A DNA stretch of 64,000 bases from NCBI GenBank assembly GCA_030650995.1, contig JAUSCY010000015.1, positions 3,951 to 67,950 on the forward strand, written 5' to 3'. Every line of letters starts with the position of its first letter. The stretch's first letter is position 1. The notes beneath the pieces are model-generated. The model had not been told where the DNA came from, did not search any database, and worked only from the letters and a program-made list of their open reading frames with translations. Positions 9,145 to 20,507 of this stretch are shown one piece after another. The position numbers and the translations under genes were made by a program. This DNA is from Sheuella sp. (GTDB taxonomy: Bacteria; Pseudomonadota; Gammaproteobacteria; Burkholderiales; Burkholderiaceae_B).

Positions 9145-10341
9145 TCAGCTGGCAGCGCGCTTTTGCAAAATATCCACAGCAGGCAAAGTTTTACCTTCGA
9201 GGAATTCGAGGAAAGCCCCTCCACCAGTCGAGATATAACCAATCTTGTCGGTAATTCCGAATTTTGCGATAGCAGCCAACGTGTCTCCACCACCCGCAAT
9301 TGAAAAGCCTGCAGAGTCGGCAATCGCATGCGAGACGACTTCAGTGCCATTTGCAAAAGCAGCAAATTCAAACACACCCAAAGGACCATTCCAGACGATC
9401 GTTCCTGCCTGTTTAAGAATGGCAGCGAGCTGGTTCGCCGTATCGGGACCAATATCCAGAATCAGATCTTCAGGACCTACATCCTTGGCTGCTTTAACTG
9501 TCGCTTTTGCAGTCGCTGAAAACTCGGTCGCACACACCACATCGGTCGGGATTGGCACAGCAGCACCACGCGCCTGCATTTTTTTCATGACGGCGCGAGC
9601 CTCTTCGAGCTGTTCAGGCTCGGCGAGGGATTTACCGATCGGCAAACCTGCTGCCAGCATGAACGTGTTGGCAATGCCGCCACCCACGATCAACTGATCA
9701 ACCTTATCGGCAAGTGATTGAAGGATAGAGAGTTTGGTTGAAACCTTCGATCCACCTACGATTGCCACAAGAGGGCGTTTCGGTGCGTGTAAAGCACGTC
9801 CAAGTGCCACCAGCTCAGCTTGTAGCAATGGGCCAGCGCAAGCAATAGGCGCGTACTCGGCGATGCCATACGTGGTGGCTTCGGCACGGTGGGATGTACC
9901 AAAAGCATCGTTGGCATACACATCACACAATGCTGCCATTTTTTTGGACAGCTCAGGATCGTTTTTCTTTTCGCCCTTGTTGACACGACAGTTCTCGAGC
10001 AACACCACCTGACCAGGCGCGACCGTGACACCATCGACCCAATTCTGAATCAACGGGACATCCATACCCAACAATTCCGACAAACGTTTGGCGATAGGTG
10101 CCAGAGAGTCCGCGGGGGTTAACGTACCCTCCGTAGGGCGCCCCAGATGGGACGTCACCATCACGGCAGCACCTGCGTCGAGCGCAAGCCTGATGCCGGG
10201 AACAGAAGCGCGGATACGCGTGTCTTCAGTGATATTGCCAGCATCATCAAAAGGTACATTCAGGTCTGCGCGGATAAAAACTTTTTTACCGGCAAGCTTG
10301 CCCGATTGAGCCAGAGCGGTAAGGGTATGGACTGTCGTCAT
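9145..10341 (-). CDS. pgk: Phosphoglycerate kinase
   Basis: Typical Pgk sequence ([23 protein letters not shown]). I chose the start at Met24 of the ORF ([11 protein letters not shown] at 10341) because the longer extension overlaps the hairpin region. Confidence 0.9.
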   Translation of the reverse strand: MTTVHTLTALAQSGKLAGKKVFIRADLNVPFDDAGNITEDTRIRASVPGIRLALDAGAAVMVTSHLGRPTEGTLTPADSLAPIAKRLSELLGMDVPLIQNWVDGVTVAPGQVVLLENCRVNKGEKKNDPELSKKMAALCDVYANDAFGTSHRAEATTYGIAEYAPIACAGPLLQAELVALGRALHAPKRPLVAIVGGSKVSTKLSILQSLADKVDQLIVGGGIANTFMLAAGLPIGKSLAEPEQLEEARAVMKKMQARGAAVPIPTDVVCATEFSATAKATVKAAKDVGPEDLILDIGPDTANQLAAILKQAGTIVWNGPLGVFEFAAFANGTEVVSHAIADSAGFSIAGGGDTLAAIAKFGITDKIGYISTGGGAFLEFLEGKTLPAVDILQKRAAS

Positions 10342-10364
10342 GATTGAATAGCCAGGTGAAATAG

Positions 10365-10394
10365 GAAAATAACAAAAGGGCCCCGAAGGGCCCC
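10365..10394 (-). terminator. Intrinsic terminator/attenuator between gap and pgk
   Basis: On the minus strand: GGGCCC-UUCG-GGGCCC followed by TTTTgTTaTTTT, located in the 69-nt gap-pgk spacer. Confidence 0.65.
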
Positions 10395-10410
10395 TTATCC
10401 AATGCAGCAA

Positions 10411-11421
10411 TTATTTAGCTGACATCAGTGCGACAGTGGTGTCGAGCATACGGTTGCTGAAACCCCACTCGTTGTCGTACCAGGATGAGACTTTAACCAG
10501 CGGACCTGAAACTTTGGTCAAGGTGGAATCAAAGTTGCTCGAAGCTGGATTGTGGTTGAAATCAATCGATACGAGCTGTTCAGTCTGGTATGTCAGGATG
10601 CCTTTGAGAGCGCCTTCTGAGGCTTCTTTCATGATGGCATTGACTTCTTCTACTGTCGTGTCGCGCTTAGCGATAAACGACAAATCAACCAGTGAAACGT
10701 TGATGGTGGGAACGCGGATAGCGAAACCATCAAGCTTGCCATTAAGCTCTGGCAGCACCAAACCCACAGCCGCGGCTGCGCCCGTCTTGGCAGGAATCAT
10801 GCTCATTGTGGCTGAACGCGCACGACGCAAGTCTTCGTGATAAACGTCTGTCAGAACCTGATCATTGGTGTATGCGTGGATCGTCGTCATCAAACCCGTC
10901 ACAACTCCCAGCTTCTCGTTCAAAGGCTGGACCAAAGGTGCGAGGCAGTTGGTTGTGCACGATGCGTTGGAGATAACCGTGTGCTCTTTTTTCAGTACAT
11001 TCTGGTTCACACCAAACACGATCGTTGCGTCAACGTCTTTACCACCAGGTGCAGAAATAATGACTTTCTTGGCGCCACCTTTGATGTGAGCCGAAGCCTT
11101 TTCTTTTGTAGTGAAAAAACCTGTGCACTCGAGCACTACGTCAACATTCAATTCGCCCCAGGGCAGTTCAGCGGGGTTGCGATTGGCCAGTACGCGAATC
11201 TTGTCGCCGTTGACAACCATGTAATCGCCTTCGACGCCTACTGTGCCGGAGAATTTACCGTGGGCAGTGTCGTACTGTGTCAAATGGGCGTTGGTCTTAG
11301 GATCGCCCAAATCGTTGATTGCAACGATTTGAATATCGTGTTTTTTTCCACCTTCGTAATGGGCACGCAAAATATTGCGACCGATACGGCCATAGCCGTT
11401 AATAGCAACGCGAATCGTCAT
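10411..11421 (-). CDS. gap: Glyceraldehyde-3-phosphate dehydrogenase (type I)
   Basis: 336 aa with [10 protein letters not shown] and the active site [12 protein letters not shown]. Confidence 0.95.
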   Translation of the reverse strand: MTIRVAINGYGRIGRNILRAHYEGGKKHDIQIVAINDLGDPKTNAHLTQYDTAHGKFSGTVGVEGDYMVVNGDKIRVLANRNPAELPWGELNVDVVLECTGFFTTKEKASAHIKGGAKKVIISAPGGKDVDATIVFGVNQNVLKKEHTVISNASCTTNCLAPLVQPLNEKLGVVTGLMTTIHAYTNDQVLTDVYHEDLRRARSATMSMIPAKTGAAAAVGLVLPELNGKLDGFAIRVPTINVSLVDLSFIAKRDTTVEEVNAIMKEASEGALKGILTYQTEQLVSIDFNHNPASSNFDSTLTKVSGPLVKVSSWYDNEWGFSNRMLDTTVALMSAK

Positions 11422-11447
11422 GACAACATGCTCCTGGTTTTGAAATT

Positions 11448-13493
11448 TTATAAAACTTGCTTGACCGCCTGAGCCACTTTTTCAGCAGTCAGACCAAAAT
11501 GCTTAAACAAGGCGCCTGCAGGTGCAGACTCCCCGTACGTATCGATACCAACTACCGCACCTTCGAGACCGACATACTTATGCCAGAAAGCAGTAATACC
11601 TGCTTCAACGGCAACACGCGGCATGCCCTTGGGCAAAACCTGCGCGCGCCATTCGGCCTCCTGCTTGTCAAAGACATCCGTGCTTGGCATCGAAACCACA
11701 CGCACAGCAATCCCCTCTGCAGCCAGTAACTTCTGCGCCTCAATGGCGATTGCAACCTCAGAGCCCGTAGCGATAATCGCAGCGCGCGCATTAGCAGCTT
11801 CTTGTAACACGTAGCCACCACGGGCGACCGCAGCAAGTGTCGCAGCGTCACGCGCAACAAAAGGAAGATTTTGACGTGACAATAATAAAGCCGTGGGGCC
11901 GCCCGCATGGACATCCATGCCAATGCTGGTGGGTCTCTCTACAGCGGCGAGCCAGGCTGCCGTTGTTTCAACCGTGTCGCAAGGGCGCCAGACCGAAAGA
12001 TTAGGAATCAGACGCAGGCTGCTGGCGTGTTCAACGGACTGATGCGTCGGGCCGTCTTCGCCCAGACCAATCGAGTCGTGTGTGAATACATGGATCACAC
12101 GCTGCTTCATCAGTGCAGCCATACGTAGGGCGTTGCGCGAGTAATCCGAGAACGTCAGGAACGTACCGCCAAAAGGCAAATACCCGCCATGCAGTGCCAC
12201 ACCATTCATAATGGCCGCCATGCCGAATTCACGCACACCGTAGTTGATGTGACGTCCAAAATGAATGCCCTCAACCCCCGCACGAACGGGAACAGCGCCC
12301 TTCCAGTCGGTAAAGTTCGAGCCGGTCAGATCAGCCGAACCACCCAGCATTTCGGGCAGCGCTTGCACCAGCGCAGTAATCGCAAGCTGTGAGGCTTTGC
12401 GTGTCGCGATGGTTTCAGCTTTCGCATTGGTTGCGTCCAGCAGCTGTTTTGCAGTGTCTGCAAAATTAGCGGGCATTTCACCACGCATGCGGCGACTGAA
12501 CTCAGCAGCCTCTGCCGGGAACTGAGCCGTGTAGGCGTCAAATAATTTCTGCCAGGCGGATTGGTGCGCAGCACCTGACTCGCGTTGATCCCAGCCGGCA
12601 TACACCTCGGCAGGAATCTCAAAAGGCGCATAGGGCCAGCCGATCGCAGCACGGGTCTTTGCAATTTCTTCAGCGCCCAGCGGAGCGCCGTGGACTTTAT
12701 CAGTGCCTGCGACAGTCGGTGCGCCCTGACCGATCACGGTACGGCAGATAATCAGTGTTGGACGCCCATGCTGTTTGCCAAGCTTGTTGGCTTGAGTAAT
12801 GGCCTGATCTACCGCATCGGTATTGTGGCCATCCGCCACGCGAATCACATTCCAGCCGTAAGCCTCAAAGCGTTTACCGGTATCGTCGGCAAACCAGTTT
12901 TCAACATTGCCGTCAATCGAAATGCCGTTGTCGTCGTACAGCACGACCAGCTTTGACAGTCGCAACGTACCTGCCAGAGAGCAGACTTCATGGGAAATGC
13001 CTTCCATCAGACAACCATCACCGACAAATGCATACGTGTGATGATCAACAATATTATGGCCGGGACGATTAAATTCAGCAGACAGCAATGACTCAGTCAG
13101 CGCCATGCCCACGGCGTTGGCCAGACCCTGGCCTAGCGGGCCGGTCGTGGTCTCGATGCCTGGTGTCACGCCCACCTCAGGGTGTCCAGGCGTCTTGGAG
13201 TGCAATTGGCGGAATTTGCGCAACTCCTCCATCGGCAAATCGTAGCCGGTCAGGTGCAGCAAGGCGTAAATCAGCATCGAGCCGTGACCGTTCGACAATA
13301 CAAAACGATCACGATTGGCCCATGCCGGATCGGCGGGGTTATGCTGCAGATGACGGGTAAAAAGGGCTTGTGCCATTTCAGCCATGCCCATCGGCGCGCC
13401 GGGATGACCCGAATTAGCTTGCTGGACAGCGTCCATAGCGAGGGCGCGGATGGCATCTGCCAATTTGGCGGGTGTGGCTGTTATTTGAGTCAT
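11448..13493 (-). CDS. tkt: Transketolase
   Basis: Contains [37 protein letters not shown] and the C-terminal transketolase domains. I chose the start at Met13 of the ORF (MTQITATP). Confidence 0.9.
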   Translation of the reverse strand: MTQITATPAKLADAIRALAMDAVQQANSGHPGAPMGMAEMAQALFTRHLQHNPADPAWANRDRFVLSNGHGSMLIYALLHLTGYDLPMEELRKFRQLHSKTPGHPEVGVTPGIETTTGPLGQGLANAVGMALTESLLSAEFNRPGHNIVDHHTYAFVGDGCLMEGISHEVCSLAGTLRLSKLVVLYDDNGISIDGNVENWFADDTGKRFEAYGWNVIRVADGHNTDAVDQAITQANKLGKQHGRPTLIICRTVIGQGAPTVAGTDKVHGAPLGAEEIAKTRAAIGWPYAPFEIPAEVYAGWDQRESGAAHQSAWQKLFDAYTAQFPAEAAEFSRRMRGEMPANFADTAKQLLDATNAKAETIATRKASQLAITALVQALPEMLGGSADLTGSNFTDWKGAVPVRAGVEGIHFGRHINYGVREFGMAAIMNGVALHGGYLPFGGTFLTFSDYSRNALRMAALMKQRVIHVFTHDSIGLGEDGPTHQSVEHASSLRLIPNLSVWRPCDTVETTAAWLAAVERPTSIGMDVHAGGPTALLLSRQNLPFVARDAATLAAVARGGYVLQEAANARAAIIATGSEVAIAIEAQKLLAAEGIAVRVVSMPSTDVFDKQEAEWRAQVLPKGMPRVAVEAGITAFWHKYVGLEGAVVGIDTYGESAPAGALFKHFGLTAEKVAQAVKQVL

Positions 13494-13622
13494 CGAAGGG
13501 GTTCGTCTTAGTTGTTTTACCCTGATCACACGTAAATATTCATCACGGGATCGGAAAATGGGTTACAAAACCAAGGATTTTAGCACCCGTACTTATCCGT
13601 AATCCCCACCTGAGCCCTCTGC

Positions 13623-14363
13623 ATGCCAAGCCCCCGTTTTTATTGTTCCAAACCACTCATTGCTCACCAGATACTCACATTACCTGAGTCTCTGGCGCAT
13701 CATATTCGGGTACTCAGACTCGCTGCAGGCAGTCAGATCATTTTGTTCGACGGTCTTGGAGGGGAATACGCCGGGGCTCTTGATTTCAATGGGAAAATTA
13801 CCATTGCAGCCCTTGGTGCCCACGCTCAGCGCGAGACTGAACTCCTCGGTCGGATCACGCTGTTGCAAGGTCTTCCCTCGGGAGACAAGATGGACTGGGT
13901 GATTGAAAAAGCGGTCGAACTGGGGGTTTCGCGCATTATTCCAGTCGCAGCCCAGCGCAGTGTGCTGCAATTATCAGGACCACGTCTTGAAAAGCGTTTG
14001 TTGCACTGGAACAAAATCATCCAGTCAGCCTCCGAGCAATGCGGACGCAACCGGCTGATGCAAATCGAGTCACCTCTCACGCTGGAGAAAGCACTTTCAA
14101 CGCATAGCGCGGCACACCGCCTTCTGTGCGACCCAGAAGGCTCCCAAGAGCTCAATGCCTGGCTAGGCAGCTCTGCAGCCAGCCTCAGCGCCCAACCCGC
14201 GCTGACCCTGATGGTCGGTCCCGAAGGCGGCTGGAGCCTGCAGGAACTGGATACCGCACGCCATCACAACGTGCAGTCCGTCAAATTTGGGTTAAGAGTC
14301 TTGAGAACGGAAACCGCTGCACTCGCGATGGTGGCTGCAACCACGGCCGTATTAGGCTGGTAA
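13623..14363 (+). CDS. rsmE: 16S rRNA (uracil1498-N3)-methyltransferase RsmE
   Basis: 246 aa with an N-terminal RFY.....L...HH..VLRL pattern and the C-terminal LMVGPEGGWS..E and RVLRTETAAL motifs of the RsmE/SPOUT family. Confidence 0.85.
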   Translation: MPSPRFYCSKPLIAHQILTLPESLAHHIRVLRLAAGSQIILFDGLGGEYAGALDFNGKITIAALGAHAQRETELLGRITLLQGLPSGDKMDWVIEKAVELGVSRIIPVAAQRSVLQLSGPRLEKRLLHWNKIIQSASEQCGRNRLMQIESPLTLEKALSTHSAAHRLLCDPEGSQELNAWLGSSAASLSAQPALTLMVGPEGGWSLQELDTARHHNVQSVKFGLRVLRTETAALAMVAATTAVLGW

Positions 14364-14417
14364 AGTCGTCATTCCAGATAAAGAGTCGTTAGTCCTGATA
14401 ATTCGTAAGTCGGCCCG

Positions 14418-14882
14418 TCAGGCCGGCTCATCACTCCAATTATTGACTTTGCCTGGCACTGCATCGGGGTGCTTGCCTGCATGATGAATCGCGTAAATAA
14501 ATACACGGCCATTTTCCTGGGCAAATTGCACTGAGTCGTTCAGGATTTGTAAAAACTGATTGCCCTCGTTGACGATTCCGGGATCAGCGGAATGCAGCTT
14601 ATCGAGCACAAGCACCAAGCCATCCTTTTGATCTAACAGCGAATCGCTCAGACAGTCATACAGCGCATCGAAACTGCCGCCAATGAACTGAGGATAATCA
14701 ACTGCCTTGACGACGGCACGAAACACTGCAGACCAGCTGCGCGCTTTTTCACAATCCGCCACACACCAGACCAAACCACGTTCTTTGGCCGCAACCTCAA
14801 GCGCATCCAGACCCGGCGTAGGATCGATGTCGCCACCCTTTTGCAACAATTGTCGCAATTTGGAATCGACTGTTTTACCCAT
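14418..14882 (-). CDS. Barstar-family ribonuclease inhibitor-like protein
   Basis: 154 aa. The segment DYPQFIGGSFDALYDCLSD...LVLVLDKL aligns by eye with barstar LPEYYGENLDALWDCLTG...LVLEWRQF. It has about 50 extra N-terminal residues. Confidence 0.65.
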   Translation of the reverse strand: MGKTVDSKLRQLLQKGGDIDPTPGLDALEVAAKERGLVWCVADCEKARSWSAVFRAVVKAVDYPQFIGGSFDALYDCLSDSLLDQKDGLVLVLDKLHSADPGIVNEGNQFLQILNDSVQFAQENGRVFIYAIHHAGKHPDAVPGKVNNWSDEPA

Positions 14883-14984
14883 ACTGATGGCTCCTTAGAT
14901 GAAGGCCCCAATAGCGTATTGATTTAAGACTGCACCGCACATTCCGGTAACGTTTTACAGTCTTGTAACACTTACCCGACATAG

Positions 14985-15025
14985 AATCCACACTCAAGAA
15001 AAAAATATTTTTATGAGTGTGGATT
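14985..15025 (-). terminator. Long hairpin immediately downstream of maeB
   Basis: 12-bp arms aatccacactca (14985-14996) and tgagtgtggatt (15014-15025) around an A/T-only loop, starting 5 nt after the maeB stop. There is no clean U-tract. Confidence 0.5.
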
Positions 15026-15029
15026 TAAC

Positions 15030-17324
15030 TTAAGCGTTTCTTGCGTGATTCGCTTCAACCACCGTCAATGCTGTCATATTGACGATACGGCGAACGGTCG
15101 CGCTCGACGTGAGAATATGAACAGGCGCATTGACACCCAGCAGGAAAGGCCCCACGGCAACATTACCGCCAGCAGTCGTTTTTAACAGGTTATAGGCGAT
15201 ATTTCCTGAGTCCACATTTGGACACACCAAAAGATTCGCTGCGCCCTTCAGTGTTGATGAAGGGAGGATTTTCAGGCGCAACGATTCATCGAGCGCACAA
15301 TCACCATGCATTTCACCGTCAACTTCGAGTTCAGGAGCTTGCGCACGGATTAACTCTAACGCTGCACGCATTTTTGCACCCGAAGCAGAACTGCCTGAAC
15401 CAAAATTTGATCGCGACAACAAGGCGACTTTCGGAATCAGATTGAGCCGGCGCATCTGCTGAGCCGCTGCGATGGTGTACTCAGCAATCTGCTCGGCCGT
15501 TGGCTCATCATTAATGTGCGTGTCGACCAGTGCAATCGTCTGTTCTGGCAGCAGCAAAATATTCATCGCTGCGTAAGTCGAGGTGCCGGCGCGTTTACCA
15601 ATCACCTGATCGATGTAACGCAAATGATCCGCATAGCCACTAACGGTGCCGCAGATCATGCCATCGGCATGACCCATTTTGATCATCATTGAACCAATCA
15701 GCGTCAAACGACGGCGCATTTCTACACGCGCCATTTCCTTGGTCACACCATCGCGACACATAGTCTCCCAATACAGAGTCCAGTAATCATGAAAGCGCTC
15801 GTCAAACTCAGGATTGGTGACCTCTACATCCACACCTAAACGCAGCCGCAAGCCGAACTTTTCAATCCGTGCAGCCAGCACGGTAGGACGGCCAACCAGA
15901 ATAGGCTTAGCTAATTTCTCATCCACAATCACTTGAACCGCGCGCAGCACGCGTTCATCCTCACCTTCAGTAAAGACGATGCGCGCTTTCGCACCTTCGC
16001 GTACATAAGCTTTAGCGCCTGCGAACAGCGGCTTCATAAACGCACCAGAGCGGTAGACAAACTGCTCAAGCTGTTCAACGTAGGCGTCCAGATCAGCGAT
16101 CGGCCGCGTTGCCACACCGCACTCCATCGCCGCCTTAGCCACTGCAGGGGCAATACGTACAATCAGACGCGGATCGAAGGGCTTGGGAATAAAGGACTCA
16201 GGGCCAAACGCAACATCGTAGGTGCCGTAGGCGGCAGCAACGACTTCGCTTTGCTCTTCCTGTGCAAGCTTGGCGATAGCGACTACTGCCGCCTTTTCCA
16301 TTTCACGCGTTATGGTCGTTGCGCCCACGTCCAGCGCACCCCGAAAGATATAAGGGAAGCACAAAACGTTATTAACCTGATTGGGATAGTCCGAGCGACC
16401 TGTCGCCATCACTACATCATCACGAACAGCATGTGCATCAGCAGGCAAGATCTCAGGATTCGGATTCGCCAGCGCCAGGATCAGCGGACGCTTGGCCATC
16501 ACCTTGACCATTTCAGGCTTGAGTACACCGCCTGCGGACAGTCCCAGAAATACATCGGCATCCTGAATAATGTCTGCCAGCTTACGCGCATCGGTCTTTT
16601 GCGCGAAACGTTGTTTATCAGGATCCATCAAAACGGTACGCCCTTCGTACACGACGCCCTCGATGTCAGACACCCAGATATTTTCAAGCGGCAAGCCCAG
16701 ATCAACCATCAGATCCAGACAGGCCAGCGCAGCCGCTCCGGCTCCCGACACAGCGACTTTTACTTTTTTAATATCTTTGCCGACGACTTCGAGACCGTTG
16801 ATAAACGCGGCCGAAACACAGATCGCAGTACCGTGCTGATCGTCATGAAAGACGGGGATACGCATGCGCTCACGCAATTTTCGCTCAACCGTAAAGCACT
16901 CGGGCGCCTTGATATCCTCGAGATTGATCCCGCCAAATGTGGGCTCCAGACCCGCGATGATCTCTACGAGCTTGTCAGGATCTTGCTCATTAATTTCGAT
17001 ATCAAACACATCGATACCGGCAAATTTTTTAAACAATACCGCTTTGCCTTCCATCACCGGTTTGGAGGCTAAGGGTCCGATATTGCCAAGCCCCAATACC
17101 GCAGTGCCATTGGTGATCACGCCAACCAGATTGCCGCGGGCGGTGTAACGGAAAGCATTGGCAGGATCGAGCACAATTTCTTCGCACGCAGCAGCCACGC
17201 CAGGCGAATAAGCCAGGGCCAGATCACGCTGGTTAGTCAGTTGCTTTGTGGGAGCAATTGAAATCTTTCCGGGACGACCCTGCTCGTGATACTCGAGAGC
17301 GGCTTTACGAAAATTTTCTTCCAT
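15030..17324 (-). CDS. maeB: NADP-dependent malic enzyme (malic enzyme domain fused to a PTA-like domain)
   Basis: 764 aa with an N-terminal malic-enzyme/NAD(P)-binding region ([25 protein letters not shown]-like) and a C-terminal phosphate-acetyltransferase-like half. This is the MaeB architecture. Confidence 0.9.
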   Translation of the reverse strand: MEENFRKAALEYHEQGRPGKISIAPTKQLTNQRDLALAYSPGVAAACEEIVLDPANAFRYTARGNLVGVITNGTAVLGLGNIGPLASKPVMEGKAVLFKKFAGIDVFDIEINEQDPDKLVEIIAGLEPTFGGINLEDIKAPECFTVERKLRERMRIPVFHDDQHGTAICVSAAFINGLEVVGKDIKKVKVAVSGAGAAALACLDLMVDLGLPLENIWVSDIEGVVYEGRTVLMDPDKQRFAQKTDARKLADIIQDADVFLGLSAGGVLKPEMVKVMAKRPLILALANPNPEILPADAHAVRDDVVMATGRSDYPNQVNNVLCFPYIFRGALDVGATTITREMEKAAVVAIAKLAQEEQSEVVAAAYGTYDVAFGPESFIPKPFDPRLIVRIAPAVAKAAMECGVATRPIADLDAYVEQLEQFVYRSGAFMKPLFAGAKAYVREGAKARIVFTEGEDERVLRAVQVIVDEKLAKPILVGRPTVLAARIEKFGLRLRLGVDVEVTNPEFDERFHDYWTLYWETMCRDGVTKEMARVEMRRRLTLIGSMMIKMGHADGMICGTVSGYADHLRYIDQVIGKRAGTSTYAAMNILLLPEQTIALVDTHINDEPTAEQIAEYTIAAAQQMRRLNLIPKVALLSRSNFGSGSSASGAKMRAALELIRAQAPELEVDGEMHGDCALDESLRLKILPSSTLKGAANLLVCPNVDSGNIAYNLLKTTAGGNVAVGPFLLGVNAPVHILTSSATVRRIVNMTALTVVEANHARNA

Positions 17325-17388
17325 GATGGTCTGTTACCGTTTCAATCAATTGATCAAGATGCCGATTCTAGCCCTTTTGCACCAATCA

Positions 17389-18282
17389 TCAGGGAAAAAT
17401 CCCTAAGGGGTCAAATGACTCTTTCAGTTGTCCCGCCAACGCGTCATACTGTTCACGCCGGTTCGCCTCCTTATCCATGGGTTCAAGGCGAACATGGGCT
17501 TGAAATGGCACGTCACGCCTGAACCACACCGCCTGCACCCAACCCAGACTTGCGCCATGTCCGGCAAACAACCATGCCAGATTGATATCCATCCCATCCG
17601 CGGGCATGAGTGCATCGAGACGAAACCTGACCGGCCAACGCTCTGCCTGTGCGCATTCGATTGCAACCACTGAACTCGCCAGCTCAAATAATTGGGGAAT
17701 CATCTTCTGAACAGTCAGGCTGCGCAACGGTGAAGTGGCGTTCGCGCCAAAGGGACCGAGCACAGCGATCGTGCCGTCAGCGAGCATGACCTGTACCTGC
17801 TCAATTCCGCTTAACATCCCCTGGCCTGTCGGCCATTGCGCCGAAGCACGCGAGGCAAGCCATTGTGCAACCGTTTGTTCAGGGTCGGCGCCTGACAAAA
17901 CCTGCACCCCAGCTTCCTGCAGGGATCTGAGCTTAGATCCGCCACCCGCACACCAGATCAGTCCGGAAGCATCGCAGGAGAGCTGCGCCCAGGCAGAACC
18001 AGACTCAACCCAGAGCTGGGGCGTCACGTCACCGGCGGGCGAGTCCGCGAGTCCGATGCCGTCCAAAGCCATCTGGACCCGGTACTCCCGGCACAGTGCG
18101 TGAGCATGCAAAATATCTCTCTCGCGGGCGGGTACCAGCCAGGCCTGATGCTGACCGGGCCGGTCATCCCACCTCACTTGACCTGCGCAAGTTCTGGCGA
18201 GGCGCGCACAAAACTTCCCCCACTCTGAGGGTGGAGCTCTGCGACCGAACAGGAAAGCGCGTCTGGATGTTGGCGAACCCAC
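17389..18282 (-). CDS. Putative FAD-binding (PCMH-type) oxidase-like protein
   Basis: 297 aa. It has a GGGS stretch (WCAGGGSKLRSL), GIEQVQVMLADGT, and a C-terminal LKESFDPLGIFP tail like FAD-linked oxidases. The call is weak. Confidence 0.4.
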   Translation of the reverse strand: MGSPTSRRAFLFGRRAPPSEWGKFCARLARTCAGQVRWDDRPGQHQAWLVPARERDILHAHALCREYRVQMALDGIGLADSPAGDVTPQLWVESGSAWAQLSCDASGLIWCAGGGSKLRSLQEAGVQVLSGADPEQTVAQWLASRASAQWPTGQGMLSGIEQVQVMLADGTIAVLGPFGANATSPLRSLTVQKMIPQLFELASSVVAIECAQAERWPVRFRLDALMPADGMDINLAWLFAGHGASLGWVQAVWFRRDVPFQAHVRLEPMDKEANRREQYDALAGQLKESFDPLGIFP

Positions 18283-18299
18283 TACAATTCTGCTCCTGA

Positions 18300-19472
18300 A
18301 TGGAGATTAAAAAAATGACAGCACTGGCAGCACGCACGCGTGACACCGTTACATTTCACGCAGTTGAACTGTTAAAAGAAGCGTCAGCCCTGCAACGTGC
18401 AGGTATCGACATTATCAGTCTTGGCGTAGGAGAACCAGACTTTACCGCAGCTCCGCTTGTCGTTGAGGCAATGGAGCGCGCCAGCCGCGCAGGACGCAGC
18501 GGCTACAGCGCGCCCGCAGGGCTGCCTGAGTTACGCGAAGCGATCGCAGGCTTTTATGCAAATCACCTCGGGGTGACCGTTGACCCCGCCCGTGTCATTG
18601 TGACCTCTGGTGCCAGCGGCGCGCTGATGCTGGCTGCCATGGCATTAGTCAATCCTGGTGACGAGGTGTTGATGCCCGACCCCTGCTACCCACCTAATCG
18701 TAATTTTATCGGGGCCGCCGGTGGCATCACTAAACTCATCCCGACAACCCCCGAAAACAGATACCAACTATCCAGCCTGGATATTGAACAACACTGGGGT
18801 CCGTCGACGCGTGGCGTACTGATTGCCTCACCCAGCAATCCTACGGGCACCTCTATTGCACGCGACGAGCTCGATCGCCTGATTCGAACCGTCCATGCCC
18901 GTCAAGGCTTTGTCATGATGGACGAGATCTATTTAAGCCTGTCCTATGATGGCCCGCGGCAATCCGCCCTGGCACTCGACGACAACGTCATTATCCTGAA
19001 TAGCTTCTCAAAGTACTTCAATATGACTGGCTGGCGACTGGGCTGGATGATTGTCCCCCAGCACATGGTGGCCCCGATAGAAAAAATGGCCGCAAGTTAT
19101 GTCATCTGCGCCCCCACCCTGTCCCAACACGGTGCCGTGGCCTGCTTTGAGGACGAGTCACTCGCTCTATTTGAACAGCGCCGCCTCGCTTTTCAACAGC
19201 GCCGCGATTTTCTTGTCCCCGCTCTGGAATCAATCGGCATCAAAGTTCCCGTCAAACCAGATGGCGCTTTTTATGTGTATGGCGATATTTCAGCGCACTC
19301 CAGGGACAGCAATATTTTTTCGTCCTCTCTGTTGCATGGTGCGCGCGTTGCCGCTGTCGCAGGACTGGATTTTGGTCCTGCACATGCGAGTAATACGATG
19401 CGTTTTGCTTACACAACAGGACTGGAGCGACTTGAAGAAGCTGTCCACAGGATGAAAGCCTATCTCAGCTGA
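18300..19472 (+). CDS. Pyridoxal-phosphate-dependent aminotransferase (class I, AspC-like)
   Basis: 390 aa with NPTG and the PLP-lysine motif NSFSKYFNMTGWRLGW. The start could instead be the Met at 18315. Confidence 0.85.
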   Translation: MEIKKMTALAARTRDTVTFHAVELLKEASALQRAGIDIISLGVGEPDFTAAPLVVEAMERASRAGRSGYSAPAGLPELREAIAGFYANHLGVTVDPARVIVTSGASGALMLAAMALVNPGDEVLMPDPCYPPNRNFIGAAGGITKLIPTTPENRYQLSSLDIEQHWGPSTRGVLIASPSNPTGTSIARDELDRLIRTVHARQGFVMMDEIYLSLSYDGPRQSALALDDNVIILNSFSKYFNMTGWRLGWMIVPQHMVAPIEKMAASYVICAPTLSQHGAVACFEDESLALFEQRRLAFQQRRDFLVPALESIGIKVPVKPDGAFYVYGDISAHSRDSNIFSSSLLHGARVAAVAGLDFGPAHASNTMRFAYTTGLERLEEAVHRMKAYLS

Positions 19473-19480
19473 ACCCTGCC

Positions 19481-20422
19481 TCAGTCCTTCAGTGCGATAG
19501 TGCCCGCCAGCGCCAAGCGACGGCGCTCAGACAATACTTTTTCTGTATAGCCACGATCAGAAGCTGGGCTTGAAGCGCCACAATAACAAAGCAACCCCTG
19601 AGGAATATTACCTCTGCGGCGGATGCAGTCGCTCAGGATCATCGCACCAACCCGCATATTGGCAACTGGGTTAAATGCCATGGACTCCGCACGACCGAAT
19701 TTGGCAAACTTGTCACGATGCAAACTGAGTATGATCTGCATCAGTCCCGTCGCACCGCCCGACTGACCTCCGGCATAGGGATTGAAATGCGACTCGGTTG
19801 CAACGACAGACAATAACAATAGCGGATCAACATTGACTTCTTCTGCCAAGGTATAGGCGGTATCCACGAACATGATCGCAGCTTCTACGGCGATTAAGTA
19901 TTTTCGTGAAATATATTGAACGAGCGCTTCTTTCTGTCTGGCCGTAATACCAAATTTTGATGATGTGCCTGCGACAGGCTGACTGATAACAGGGCCCGAA
20001 GGCTCAGTTGCTTTTGCCAAAGCCTGGCTCGACCCTGCATCTCTTACGACTTCAGCAGATTGAGGGGGCGTTTTATTCATCAATAAAGAGGCTGCCCTGC
20101 TCGCTGAAATCTTGGGAGAAGGGGCTGGCAGCACGTCGCCAGGAATAGCATCCAGAGAAATAGCACTCACAAGTGGAGCAACCGGTCCCGCACGGATCGC
20201 AGACGGCGGTGGACCAAACGCATCGGGCGCAAGCGCATAAAGCAGAGCACCATGCATCTGGAAAGCCTGCGCGCGCAGGCCTGGCATGCCTGAAACCATC
20301 ACGACCGCGACCAGTACCGCAATGCCAAGGTAAATTGCGCAGGTGCGCACAAACTCGGACATATTCCGATACAGGCCACTGAAGAGATGACCAGAGAACG
20401 CGATAACTGAGGAAAATGGCAT
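19481..20422 (-). CDS. Membrane-anchored lytic transglycosylase (SLT domain)
   Basis: 313 aa with an N-terminal TM segment and the SLT catalytic region VVATESHFNPYAGGQSGGATGLMQI. Confidence 0.75.
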   Translation of the reverse strand: MPFSSVIAFSGHLFSGLYRNMSEFVRTCAIYLGIAVLVAVVMVSGMPGLRAQAFQMHGALLYALAPDAFGPPPSAIRAGPVAPLVSAISLDAIPGDVLPAPSPKISASRAASLLMNKTPPQSAEVVRDAGSSQALAKATEPSGPVISQPVAGTSSKFGITARQKEALVQYISRKYLIAVEAAIMFVDTAYTLAEEVNVDPLLLLSVVATESHFNPYAGGQSGGATGLMQIILSLHRDKFAKFGRAESMAFNPVANMRVGAMILSDCIRRRGNIPQGLLCYCGASSPASDRGYTEKVLSERRRLALAGTIALKD

Positions 20423-20507
20423 CAGTATCTGCCCCTGCAGAGCGGGGATGTGGATGTTAACCTTCCATTCATTAATGGAAATGTAACCGTTTTAGTGAGT
20501 TGATACC

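Noticed and set aside
10837-11472. 211-aa plus-strand ORF
   Set aside because: It is antisense to gap (GAPDH has an unambiguous active-site motif on the minus strand), so it is a shadow ORF.
15933-17072. 379-aa ORF on the plus strand
   Set aside because: It lies entirely antisense to maeB, whose full-length homology explains the region. Its composition is low-complexity and Arg/His/Leu-rich, typical of a shadow ORF in a GC-moderate gene.
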